A stretch of DNA of 64,000 nucleotides from Opitutia bacterium (GTDB lineage Bacteria; Verrucomicrobiota; Verrucomicrobiia; Opitutales; T3Sed10-336). The stretch is from positions 1 through 64,000 of the forward strand of contig JBJHCF010000001.1 in assembly GCA_050506795.1 (NCBI GenBank), read 5' to 3'. Position numbers and translations under genes: made by a program. Below are positions 1 to 9,192 of the stretch, piece after piece; the stretch's first letter is position 1, and every line of letters begins with the position of its first letter. The notes beneath the pieces were generated by a model. It did not search any database. It saw nothing but the letters and a program-made list of their open reading frames with translations, and was not told the DNA's origin.

Positions 1-254
1 GCTTAAGCGGGCGTTCTGTGCGGTGTGGGGAGGGCGGTTCCCGGGGAAGAAGACTCCGGCTGAAGCACGGAGCTACGGGTGGAGCTTGTAGCGCCCTGCT
101 TTAGCGGGCGTCTGTGCGGTGTGGGGAGGGCGGTTCCCGGGGAAGAAGACTCCGGCTGAAGCACGGAGCTACGGGTGGAGCTTGTAGCGCCCTGCTTTAG
201 CGGGCGTCTGTGTGGTGTGCGGACGGCGGTTTCCGTCAAGGAGCCTCCGGCTGA
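1..254. repeat. 96-bp tandem array of paired inverted GTAG-family REP-like palindromes (BIME/REPIN-like)
   Basis: Identical units 15-110 and 111-206, degenerate third unit from 207. GTAG-cgccc-tgc-ttta-gc-gggcg on + (88-110, 184-206) and GTAG-ctccg-tgc-ttca-gc-cggag on - (54-76, 150-172). Confidence 0.8.
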
Positions 255-313
255 CGCAATGCTTCAGTCGGTCCACAGAACCCACAGCAAACAGCGAGAC
301 GCCCGAAAATCAG

Positions 314-1681
314 TCACCTCGCCGCTGGTAATTGGAAGCGCGGCGGGCCGAGGCGGTTGGGAATTACGGAGGGGCTGGTAACGATCCGCCACGGTTCATC
401 CTCCTTAAAGTCAAAGGCGTCGCCAGTGAGCGGGTCGGGTGGCAGTTCGTTCAGGTATGCGGGAACCAGTGCCTCCAACGAGGCTGGAAGCTGTCCGTGA
501 TCGTAGCGGTAGCGTTCCGCGGCCAGGGCGATGACCGCGCATTGAGTGCGTGAAAGGATTCTGGCTTCGCCCTCGAACAACCGGGAAACTGTGGGAATGA
601 GGACGGCCGATAAATTTTCCGATGGTAACTTGTATTTGGCGAACATTCGCTCCAAATCCTCATCGGTGACAATGCAGTCCAAACGTTCGGGCAAAGGGAC
701 TCGGGCGGCCTCGATATTGCGTACCGCCAAATTCACATAAAGGGTTTTATCCCGTGCCAGGCCGCCGGCATACCAATATGACCAGACCCGCCAGGGCGTT
801 CCCGAGACGTAGGAATGGCCGAAATCTTCACGGAATTCCGGATCGCTCCTGAGGTCATCAAGCGAGGTGACGGTTATAGCCAACTCCCCGGTCAGCGCCT
901 TTTCGTAGATACTGTTTTCCCAGATCTGGCGGTGGATAAGCGCCTGCAATGACGTCAGGAGCTCCGCGGGCGGGAAGGAGTAGCTCAGCGCCTGTTCCAG
1001 GGCGTTCAACCCGATTCCCAGAATCGCGATCCGGGTCAGTTGGCTGATGAGGCTCGGCTCGTCGCGCAAGGCGTCGGCCAAGGCGAATAGGGCATCCAGG
1101 TCGCTCACCGCTTCCGGCCAATGTCCGTCCTTCGCCTGCCATACCGCGGTAAAGGAGAGCAGGCGCGCGCTGGTGCGCAACTCGCTGACATGGGGAATCA
1201 GCAGATCCCAGCCCTCCGAAAAATCGATGGGAAAGCGCGCGCCAGGAAGAGTCGCCGCCTGGTGAAGCAGTTCGATTCCCCGCGCGTTCTTTTCCATCAA
1301 TTCCTCAGCCAGGGGTGTCCATTCCCCCGGAAACGGCTCCCCCGGTTCCGGCCAGGATCCTTCGCCCCAAGGGGGAACCGTGTCCGCAACCTCCGGTGGG
1401 ATTTCGATGTGAAGGAAAGCTTCCTGATAAACCAGCGCGGCGTTTTCATCGCTTGGAAGCTCGCCGTAAAGGTTGGCCACGCCCTCCCAGCCCACCGGAA
1501 AGCCGGCGGCCTCCAACTCGGCCAGCCTGGCCTGGTATTCACGCTCCGCTTCCGCCCGCGACAGGATCGATACCAGGACGACCGGCAACACCAGGATCAG
1601 GATCGCGCCAACGACACTCAATCCGACGATCGCCGGAGTCGTTTTCAGTCCGCGTAGTGCGCCCTTGAGTGCATTCTTCAT
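314..1681 (-). CDS. Membrane-anchored hypothetical protein of PVC type, with GspG-like C-terminal motif
   Basis: N-terminal TM segment; C-terminal ERYRYDHGQLPASLEALVPAYLNELPPDP. ATG at 1681 preferred over TTG at 1714. Confidence 0.65.
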   Translation of the reverse strand: MKNALKGALRGLKTTPAIVGLSVVGAILILVLPVVLVSILSRAEAEREYQARLAELEAAGFPVGWEGVANLYGELPSDENAALVYQEAFLHIEIPPEVADTVPPWGEGSWPEPGEPFPGEWTPLAEELMEKNARGIELLHQAATLPGARFPIDFSEGWDLLIPHVSELRTSARLLSFTAVWQAKDGHWPEAVSDLDALFALADALRDEPSLISQLTRIAILGIGLNALEQALSYSFPPAELLTSLQALIHRQIWENSIYEKALTGELAITVTSLDDLRSDPEFREDFGHSYVSGTPWRVWSYWYAGGLARDKTLYVNLAVRNIEAARVPLPERLDCIVTDEDLERMFAKYKLPSENLSAVLIPTVSRLFEGEARILSRTQCAVIALAAERYRYDHGQLPASLEALVPAYLNELPPDPLTGDAFDFKEDEPWRIVTSPSVIPNRLGPPRFQLPAAR

Positions 1682-1700
1682 CAGGTTCGGAATTCTCCCG

Positions 1701-2954
1701 TTATTCCGGTTCAATTGTCAGATTGAACGGTCGTTCGTGTTTGTCGATGCAGGCCACCGCCTGAATTACGGCTTGAGGGTTTTGTACCGTTATCGGGGAA
1801 TCGGCGGCGTAATTTCGCATCCGGCAGCCGAAGAGACTGACTGTCAGCCGCTGATCACCCCGCACCAGGAGAAAATCCAGCGCCTCACCGATAGTGGACA
1901 GGGCCGCGTTCGGCCCGGAGAACGCCTCGACATTCGTGATGGAAAGGTGTCCGCGGCCCTCGACGATAATCGGGTGAATCTCCTCCAGAGATTCCCCCGT
2001 GTTCGCGATAATCGATCCCTGAGCGATTTGCCAGTTGCGGTTGAACCCGCGGTCACCGAGTTTGTGGATCCCGACGGTCACGCAGTCGAAATTGAAATTC
2101 GTCATTTGGCCGTAACTGGCCGGCCCAAGCCACGCGCCGCCGTAGGTTCCGAAGGTAAAAACATCGATGAGTTGGGCGTTGTCGGTGTGATCGATGTAAA
2201 AGGCGAACGTACCTTTGCTTACAACGGCGTCGATCACCTCCCGCGAATAATCGCCGCGGAAGTAGCGCAGGTTCGCGGGGTTCACATGGCAGTGCAGGAT
2301 TCTCGGAATGTCGTAGCAGCGGGAGATGCGGACAAACTGGCCGCTCAACGGATAACCGTAACAGTGCTCGATCAGGATCTGTTCCGTGACCACGCCGGGG
2401 GGGGATGCAAAATCCATGGCCAGGTATTCACCGAAGAATGACAGGCGCGAAAGGGTCACTCCGTAAACGTTCATCTCGTGCGAATTCCGGATCGTCGGCG
2501 GGTAGGCGATAATCGCGTCGGGATCGGACAAGGTTTGCCGAGGGTACCAGAACTGGATTCCTTCGACCCGGGTCGCTCCCTCCACCGTCAGGAAAACGCT
2601 TTCTTCATCCTCGATGGCAAAAACGCTGCCGGTCGGACGCGCTTCATCCGGATGCCGCGTGCCGCGTCCCACCGGTCCGTGCCCTCCGACCAGGGAAACG
2701 TTTCGCCGCAGGATCAAGCCGCCAGCCATGGGATAGGGCTCCTCTGAAGGCTCGACCCAAAGCACTCCGCCCCTCGGTGCCGCCCATTCGATCGCCTCCT
2801 GCATCCGAGCCGCATTCTCCCCGGGATCATTCCCCGGAGAGACCCCGAAGTCGCGGATACTGCGCCCCAGGATCGAAGGCGTTTCCGCTGCTGAAACCGT
2901 GCTGAAACCGATCAGGCAGCCCAACGTGATAATCCATCGCATCATCCGTATCAT
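1701..2954 (-). CDS. Secreted pectin-lyase-fold (parallel beta-helix) protein
   Basis: Signal peptide; SIRDFGVSPGND...MQEAIEWA...GGVLWV start typical of Pectate_lyase_3/GH55-like proteins. Confidence 0.65.
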   Translation of the reverse strand: MIRMMRWIITLGCLIGFSTVSAAETPSILGRSIRDFGVSPGNDPGENAARMQEAIEWAAPRGGVLWVEPSEEPYPMAGGLILRRNVSLVGGHGPVGRGTRHPDEARPTGSVFAIEDEESVFLTVEGATRVEGIQFWYPRQTLSDPDAIIAYPPTIRNSHEMNVYGVTLSRLSFFGEYLAMDFASPPGVVTEQILIEHCYGYPLSGQFVRISRCYDIPRILHCHVNPANLRYFRGDYSREVIDAVVSKGTFAFYIDHTDNAQLIDVFTFGTYGGAWLGPASYGQMTNFNFDCVTVGIHKLGDRGFNRNWQIAQGSIIANTGESLEEIHPIIVEGRGHLSITNVEAFSGPNAALSTIGEALDFLLVRGDQRLTVSLFGCRMRNYAADSPITVQNPQAVIQAVACIDKHERPFNLTIEPE

Positions 2955-3256
2955 GTCAACGGGGTTTAATTACCACAAAGATCGCTGTCGAGAAATACCC
3001 TCGCAACGGAATCTGACAATTCAGGATTTGCAGAAACCCGCGCGCTGATTGCTCCGGCATGGGAACATTCCCTATCACTTCTCCGGGAAGGCTCCCGATT
3101 GTTGGATCCACCGCCTCTTGCTATAGGTGATTTGTAATACGCTCGAAAGGACACAAATACCGGCGGAAAGGTGATTTCGGAATTGAAGGCGCCCGGGGTC
3201 GATTTGGTTTCAGCATCGAGCCGAACGTTATCGATTGGGAACCAAAGCGCGAATTC

Positions 3257-3616
3257 ATGTTTTCGGGAAAGCATCGTATTAAATCTTACTTGGGGAAATT
3301 TAAGAAGCACAATCACGACTTGTTGAGGGAAGAATGTTCCGGCTGGACCGGATGTCCCCCGGCGCGGGTTGACGACCTCGGGCACGCTTTCGAAGTCCGT
3401 ATTCCCATCGCCGGTTTGGAAACCGAGTCGCTGGTGATCGAAATCGGCGAGAATGCGGCGGTGATATCGGGTCTCCGACGCCTGGACGGGGCGGATGGAA
3501 CGTCGGGAAAGGTGGCATCATTCCGGCGGTTGATTGACCTTCCGAGCCCTGTCCCTGACCAGGAATGTCGCGCTTCCTACCATGAAAGCACCCTTTTTCT
3601 GCTCATCGTGAAATGA
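3257..3616 (+). CDS. Hsp20/alpha-crystallin-like small protein (divergent)
   Basis: FEVRIPIAGL...LVIEIGENAAVISGLR...SFRRLIDLP...RASYHESTLFLLI matches the alpha-crystallin strand pattern. Confidence 0.6.
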   Translation: MFSGKHRIKSYLGKFKKHNHDLLREECSGWTGCPPARVDDLGHAFEVRIPIAGLETESLVIEIGENAAVISGLRRLDGADGTSGKVASFRRLIDLPSPVPDQECRASYHESTLFLLIVK

Positions 3617-3637
3617 TCATCCTTTGGGCGAAAAGTA

Positions 3638-3666
3638 TTGATTCTTCTGATTTCGTGTATTATAAT
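3638..3666 (+). promoter_or_regulatory. Sigma70-like promoter TTGATT-17-TATAAT
   Basis: TATAAT at 3661-3666 lies 7 nt before ATG 3674. Confidence 0.6.
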
Positions 3667-3673
3667 CTTTTAC

Positions 3674-4495
3674 ATGAAACCGGGGTATGGATTCCCCCGG
3701 TGCGGCAGTCGGAAGCCCCGCCGGGCGGATCAGAAGGAAGCTGAATCCGCACTCCACCAGTGCGGAAACCCTGAGGGAACTGTCTCCGGAAATTCAACGA
3801 AGGCCAAGTCGGGAAAAAGGCACGAAGCCCGGCAACAGCGTCGGATTCTCCTGCTTGATGACCATCGTATTCTTCGCCAGGGACTCAAGGAGATCATCAA
3901 CCGGGAAAGGGACCTGATGGTCTGCGGTGAAGCCGGCGAAGCCCGTTCGGCGCTCGAAATGGTTGACAAAGCCGATCCGGATTTGGTGCTGGTCGATATT
4001 TCGTTGCCGGGACCCAACGGAATTGAGTTCATTAAGAACCTTCATTCGAAGAATTCCCGGGTCCCGGTTGCGGTGCTCTCCATGCACGACGAGTCGCTAT
4101 ACGCCGAGCGGGCGCTGCGGGCGGGGGCGTTGGCCTACATCAGCAAGACCGACAGTGCGGAAAAGGTGCTGACCGGAATTCGGGCGGCCCTGAAGGGAAA
4201 CTTCCATGTCAGTTCCACAGTCGGAGAGAATATATTTTTTAAGTTTCTGGGACGAAAAAAATCAGTTCGGCCCGGGATAAACGACTTGAGTGACCGGGAA
4301 CTGGAGGTGTTTGAACTGATCGGCCGGGGGCAGGCCAGGGCGGAGATTGCGGCCAGCCTGAAGGTGAGCCCGAAAACGGTGGACTCCTACCAGGAACACA
4401 TCAAACGAAAACTAGCCTTGACCAGCGGTCGCGAGGTCATCAGCCAGGCGCACCGGTGGATGGAACAGATCAGCGACCAATCGACTGAGGCTTAA
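3674..4495 (+). CDS. NarL/FixJ (LuxR-family) response regulator
   Basis: REC domain (LLDDHRILRQGL, LVDISLPG, LSMHDE) plus LuxR HTH (LSDRELEVFELIGRG...SPKTVDSY). Confidence 0.9.
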   Translation: MKPGYGFPRCGSRKPRRADQKEAESALHQCGNPEGTVSGNSTKAKSGKRHEARQQRRILLLDDHRILRQGLKEIINRERDLMVCGEAGEARSALEMVDKADPDLVLVDISLPGPNGIEFIKNLHSKNSRVPVAVLSMHDESLYAERALRAGALAYISKTDSAEKVLTGIRAALKGNFHVSSTVGENIFFKFLGRKKSVRPGINDLSDRELEVFELIGRGQARAEIAASLKVSPKTVDSYQEHIKRKLALTSGREVISQAHRWMEQISDQSTEA

Positions 4496-4579
4496 TGAAC
4501 ATAGCTGATCGAGCACAGGCTGGGAACGGTAACCGAGTGATTGGCGTTGAAGCGAGGTCTGAACCATCCGCCTTGGGAT

Positions 4580-5134
4580 TTACCTCGTCCCGGAACGGTA
4601 AATTTTATCCGGGTTCAGTTGATCTCCCCAGGGCAATCCGCTGTTCTGCCAGCCGTTTTTCCTTCGAAACCCGGCATTCTCGCCTTCGGAGACGACGTCT
4701 CCCTGGAAACCGTGCAAGACAAAATAGGCGTTGGGGAAACCGTTTTCCCGCAGATAGGCGGCGCTGGGTTCCCCACGGGCACTTCCGGACCGGCACATGG
4801 TAATGATTTTCGCCTCGCGGGTGAGTCCCCGTTCGAGCAGCGCCGCTTCCACCTCTTCAATAAACCGGGGGTTCCGAGGCATGGGAAAGGCCTTCCCGTC
4901 TTCGGACCAACCCGTCCGGTCCACGAGGAGAAACGGTATGTTCAGATCCACGACGTCGGTAAACCCGGTGAACTGAATTTCCACCGGATCCCGAACATCG
5001 AGGAAGAAAATCTCTTCGCCGCCCTCTTGTTTTAGGGCATAGGTCTCGGTCGGAGTAAGACCGAACTCCTCTCCGATAAGAGGCGCCGCAAGGAGCGTGA
5101 AAACGAGGACATGAAATGGTATTTTAGAGATAAT
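4580..5134 (-). CDS. Exported rhodanese-domain sulfurtransferase (start codon uncertain)
   Basis: Active-site loop MCRSGSARG and C-terminal NGWQNSGLPW. Frame stays open upstream of GTG 4984 through FFLDVRDPVE and a signal-like segment. Confidence 0.75.
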   Translation of the reverse strand: MISKIPFHVLVFTLLAAPLIGEEFGLTPTETYALKQEGGEEIFFLDVRDPVEIQFTGFTDVVDLNIPFLLVDRTGWSEDGKAFPMPRNPRFIEEVEAALLERGLTREAKIITMCRSGSARGEPSAAYLRENGFPNAYFVLHGFQGDVVSEGENAGFRRKNGWQNSGLPWGDQLNPDKIYRSGTR

Positions 5135-5139
5135 TGTCT

Positions 5140-5571
5140 TTAGAAGGTGAGGAGTTTCACATCATTCCGCATCATCAAGGCGGCCACTTCAGGAGGTCTT
5201 GCAACGGTAACACCCTCCCACAAGGCGGATTCATCCAGTTCGCGTTGAGGAAGGAAAATCGCACAAACCTCGACCTTGACGCCGTTAGCCTGCAAATTTC
5301 GGAGCAGATCCCGCGGACTTCGTCCCGCGGGGGCGAAGGTTCTCGATTCCTGATTCTCGGTGGCCAGATAACCGGCTTCGCCGCAAAGCAGGATACTCAC
5401 CTCGGCTCCCTGGTTATGTGCCTGAGTGGTCAGAACCAGGGCCATCATCTGGGTCTCCTGGTTGTCCGTTGCCAGAATGGTCAGGAGTTTTTCGGATGCC
5501 CCTGCCAAGGCAGTTGACGCAAGAAGTAAAACGGTTATCCAAAGTGACTTTCCAATACGATAAGTAGGCAT
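5140..5571 (-). CDS. Exported DsrE/DsrF-family protein
   Basis: Signal peptide; QMMALVL...EVSILLCGEAG...GVKVEVCAIFL. Confidence 0.75.
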   Translation of the reverse strand: MPTYRIGKSLWITVLLLASTALAGASEKLLTILATDNQETQMMALVLTTQAHNQGAEVSILLCGEAGYLATENQESRTFAPAGRSPRDLLRNLQANGVKVEVCAIFLPQRELDESALWEGVTVARPPEVAALMMRNDVKLLTF

Positions 5572-5642
5572 ACGGCATTTCTAAGGTGAAAACGCGGTCC
5601 CGTCAAATAGTGCGCGAACTTGCGGCTACAGGCCTGTTCCGT

Positions 5643-7664
5643 TTACGGGTCGATCCATTTGCCGCGGGCCTGAATCAGTTCGATCAGGCGCTGGTCGGCT
5701 TCTTCTTCGGGGACATGGTATTGGACGCATTCTTTGCCGACGTACAGGTTGACCCGCTTGGGAGCGCCGCCCACGTAGCCGAAATCGGCATCGGCCATTT
5801 CCCCGGGGCCGTTGACGATGCAGCCCATCACCGCGATTTTGACCCCTTTGAGGTGACCGGTTTTCGCGCGGATGCGCTGAGTGGTGTCCTGGAGGTTGAA
5901 TAGGGTGCGGCCGCAGCTGGGGCAGGCGACGAATTCGGTTTTGGTGATCCGGCTGCCGGCGCCCTGCAGGACGTTGTAGGCCAACCGGGTTCCGCGGACC
6001 AGATTTTCCTCGGTTTCCAGGCTGACCAGGTCGCCGATGCCGTCGCAGAGCAGGCTGCCGGTGAGAATGCTGGCGTCAATCAGGCGGTCGAGAAAGGTGG
6101 TGCTGTCTCCGGTACGCAACGATTCGGTGTTGCGAATCCAGATGGGGGAGTGCAATCCGTGTGCCCGCAGGCACTCCGTGAGATGCCGATAACTCCCCGG
6201 CCCGTGGCAACCCTCGGTCGGATTCGACAGCGTGAAAATCAGTCTCCCGGCCGGAGATTCGCGCAAAACATCCCCCAGGGCGGCGAATGCTTCGGGGGCG
6301 ATTTCAGCGGCGAGCAGCAGATCGCGGTGCTCGCAGTGCCGGAGGAACTCGCCCAGTTGATCGGCGTCTTGAGCAGCGAAGCTGCGGTGGAGGACCACTC
6401 CCAGGTTGTCCGGACAAATCAGTTGTTCGATGTCCGCGGGGGTCAGCTCGTCGGCGACCGGCAGAACGATCGCGGCCACCTTCCCGGCCAGCTTCTCCAG
6501 CAGCGAGCCGATTGTCGGCAGGGCGGCCCGGGTGAGTTCGGGGCATTCGACGCCTTCGATCGGCGTATCCTTGAGTTCGTCACGGGCGGCTTCGATTTCC
6601 TGAAGAAAGGCAGCGAGAGATTCCGGCGAGCGGGGCAGACGGGCGATCACGCGGGGAGGCTGGTCGGAGGCCACCTGGACGTTCTTGCCAAGGGTGATGG
6701 GAGCGACGGCCCGTTTTTTGAATTCGAACGGGTCGAGGGAATCGGCGACTCGATTGGACGGTGGTTCCGGGGCGGCGTCCCAGAGTGTCATGGCTTTGGT
6801 GGCGATGGCACGAGCCACCGGGATTTCGTACACCGAATCCTCCGTCAGGGAGACGCGAATGGTATCTCCCAGCCCATCGGTCAGCAGGCTGCCGATGCCA
6901 ATGGCGCTTTTGATGCGGCCGTCTTCGCCGTCACCTGCCTCGGTGACGCCGAGATGCAGGGGATAGTGCATGTCTTCCTTTTCCATGCGGTTGACCAGCA
7001 TTCGATAGGCCTGGATCATGACCTTGGGGTTGCTGGCTTTCATGGAAAGGATGATGTCCCGGAAATCGTGCGATTCCGCGATGCGGATGAACTCCAGGGC
7101 CGACTCCACCATTCCGAGGGGGGTGTCGCCGTAACGGTTCATGATCCGATCCGACAATGAACCGTGGTTGGTTCCGATGCGCATGGAGCGTCCGAGTTCC
7201 CTGCAGCGCAGGACGATGGGGGAAAATGTCTCGTAAAGCCGGTCCAGTTCCTCGTTGTATTGAGAATCCGAATACTCTCTAACCGCGAACTTTTTCCGGT
7301 CGGCGTAATTGCCGGGATTGACCCGGACTTTTTCGACGTATTTTACCGCTTCCATGGCGGCGGCGGGGAGGAAGTGGATGTCGGCCACCAGGGGGGCCTG
7401 GATTTTCCGCGCCCGAAGGCGGGCGGAAATCTCTTTCAGGCACGTGGCGGCGGTGACGTTGGGGGCGGTGACGCGGATGATCTCGCACCCGGCTTCGGCA
7501 AGCGCGGTCGCTTCCTCCACGGTGGCGTCGATGTCCTTGGTGTCACTGGTGGTCATCGATTGTATGCGGATGGGATTGTCTCCGCCCACACCGATCCCGC
7601 CCACCATGACCTCACGGGTCGGGCGGCGGTGGCAACGGAATCGCGACTGGCAATAGGTTTCCAT
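5643..7664 (-). CDS. ispG: HMBPP synthase IspG, long three-domain type
   Basis: IQSMTT, PLVADIHF, RVNPGN, RIGTNHGSLS, HLGVTEAG, GDTIRVSLT, CPSCGR, MGCIVNGPGE; central insertion. Start at METYC. Confidence 0.96.
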   Translation of the reverse strand: METYCQSRFRCHRRPTREVMVGGIGVGGDNPIRIQSMTTSDTKDIDATVEEATALAEAGCEIIRVTAPNVTAATCLKEISARLRARKIQAPLVADIHFLPAAAMEAVKYVEKVRVNPGNYADRKKFAVREYSDSQYNEELDRLYETFSPIVLRCRELGRSMRIGTNHGSLSDRIMNRYGDTPLGMVESALEFIRIAESHDFRDIILSMKASNPKVMIQAYRMLVNRMEKEDMHYPLHLGVTEAGDGEDGRIKSAIGIGSLLTDGLGDTIRVSLTEDSVYEIPVARAIATKAMTLWDAAPEPPSNRVADSLDPFEFKKRAVAPITLGKNVQVASDQPPRVIARLPRSPESLAAFLQEIEAARDELKDTPIEGVECPELTRAALPTIGSLLEKLAGKVAAIVLPVADELTPADIEQLICPDNLGVVLHRSFAAQDADQLGEFLRHCEHRDLLLAAEIAPEAFAALGDVLRESPAGRLIFTLSNPTEGCHGPGSYRHLTECLRAHGLHSPIWIRNTESLRTGDSTTFLDRLIDASILTGSLLCDGIGDLVSLETEENLVRGTRLAYNVLQGAGSRITKTEFVACPSCGRTLFNLQDTTQRIRAKTGHLKGVKIAVMGCIVNGPGEMADADFGYVGGAPKRVNLYVGKECVQYHVPEEEADQRLIELIQARGKWIDP

Positions 7665-7743
7665 AAGGCTTGAAGAATGGGAACTGGTACCGCTTTTTGA
7701 TGCTAACGCGCGGTAAAACCGGACCAGGCAAGATGACGCCCCG

Positions 7744-9192
7744 TCACGGGTCCGGGTCGGCCGGTACCGGTTCGATGTAGGTCTCCCGGTACTCGCGTGC
7801 ATCGCGACTGTCATGCCACCATCGGTCGAGATCGAAAAAGGTGACGTACAGCATGAGAAAGAGCAGGAGCATCATAAAGACGCCCTGGGTGGTGGCTATG
7901 AAATTGGGCGGCAGGTTTTTGCCACGCAACTTGGCGATGGTGGCGAAAACGATATGTCCGCCGTCCAGAACCGGGATGGGCAGCAGGTTGAGGATGGCGA
8001 GATTGACGTTGATCAGGACCATAACAAAAAGCACCAGTCGGAAATCGGCCTGGGCGGCCCAGTGAATGATGCGGGCGATGCCGGCGGGACCCGACATGTG
8101 GCGCAAACCGACATCGGTTTGCGGATTGACCAGGCTGCCCAGCATCTGGAAAACCCGTTTCCGCGCCTGGTCCACCTGTTCGACCGGATTGCGGTAGACG
8201 AGGGTGCGCGTTTCCTGGCGGCGGAATCCGAGCATGAACTGGGTATCGCCGTCGCTGGTGACAATGGCCTCCCGGGGGGTGATTCCCACCTCGAAGGTTT
8301 GGTCGTTCCTTTCGATGGCAAGGATGACCTCCTGTTCGCCTGTGGTTTGGAGGTATTTCTGGATTTGGCCGAGGGAGAACACTTCCGCTCCGTCGATGGC
8401 AACGATGCGGTCGCCCCGCTGTAACCCGGCGGCTTCGGCAGGGAATCCTTCGGTCAGAGCTTCCACGATAACCGGGTGGGCGCCTTGAATGCCGACGGTT
8501 CGCAGGCGATCCCGGCCCGCCAGGATGGGATAGAGGCGGAAGTCCATCAGTTCGCCGTCGCGCTCGGCACTCAGCATTACCAGGGGATTGCCTTCGGCGT
8601 CGCGACCGGAACCCATAAGAATGGCGTGTTGGATGTCGGTAAAGGTATCCACCGCTTTTCCGTCGATCGTGCGCACGACATCACCCGGACGCAGGCCGGC
8701 GCGGGCGGCCGGCGACTCGAATTCCTCTCCTCCGGGAAGGGTCAGGGTGGGGGCGACGAATCCGACGGTGGTGGTTTGCTGTTCCACCGCGGCCGGGTAC
8801 CCGACTCCCCAGAGCACCAGCGACATGGCGAAGGCGAAGAGGATATTGAACACCGCGCCCATTACGGAAACGATCACTTTCGACGAATAGCTGATCGGGG
8901 GAAGCTTTTCGGTCTGGCTTTCGCCCTCGATCCCCTGCATGTCGGCCAATTGCGGCAGGGCGACGTAACCGCCCAGCGGCAGCCAGGAGACCCGGTATTC
9001 GACGCCGTCGCGGTTCCAGCCGAAAATCTTGGGTCCGAAACCGATCGAGAACCGTTCCACTTTAAGGCCGCGGCGGCGGGCGGCCAGGAAATGACCGAGT
9101 TCGTGTACGAAGATGGAGGCTCCGAAGAAGAAGATGATCAGGAATATCGACCAGAATCCGGAGAGCAGTGTGATTAAGAAGTTTTCTTCCAT
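7744..9192 (-). CDS. rseP: RIP metalloprotease RseP
   Basis: HELGH, FSIGFGP, two PDZ domains, NLLPIPVLDGG. Confidence 0.95.
   Translation of the reverse strand: MEENFLITLLSGFWSIFLIIFFFGASIFVHELGHFLAARRRGLKVERFSIGFGPKIFGWNRDGVEYRVSWLPLGGYVALPQLADMQGIEGESQTEKLPPISYSSKVIVSVMGAVFNILFAFAMSLVLWGVGYPAAVEQQTTTVGFVAPTLTLPGGEEFESPAARAGLRPGDVVRTIDGKAVDTFTDIQHAILMGSGRDAEGNPLVMLSAERDGELMDFRLYPILAGRDRLRTVGIQGAHPVIVEALTEGFPAEAAGLQRGDRIVAIDGAEVFSLGQIQKYLQTTGEQEVILAIERNDQTFEVGITPREAIVTSDGDTQFMLGFRRQETRTLVYRNPVEQVDQARKRVFQMLGSLVNPQTDVGLRHMSGPAGIARIIHWAAQADFRLVLFVMVLINVNLAILNLLPIPVLDGGHIVFATIAKLRGKNLPPNFIATTQGVFMMLLLFLMLYVTFFDLDRWWHDSRDAREYRETYIEPVPADPDP

Noticed and set aside
1..254. CRISPR array, or the 78-aa repetitive ORF 3..239
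   Set aside because: Units repeat in full with no unique spacers and no cas genes; the ORF is a by-product of the 96-bp period.
5643..7664. Plant-like long IspG as transfer from plants
   Set aside because: The long form is known in Chlamydiae, Bacteroidetes and Verrucomicrobia, and it sits in its normal operon.
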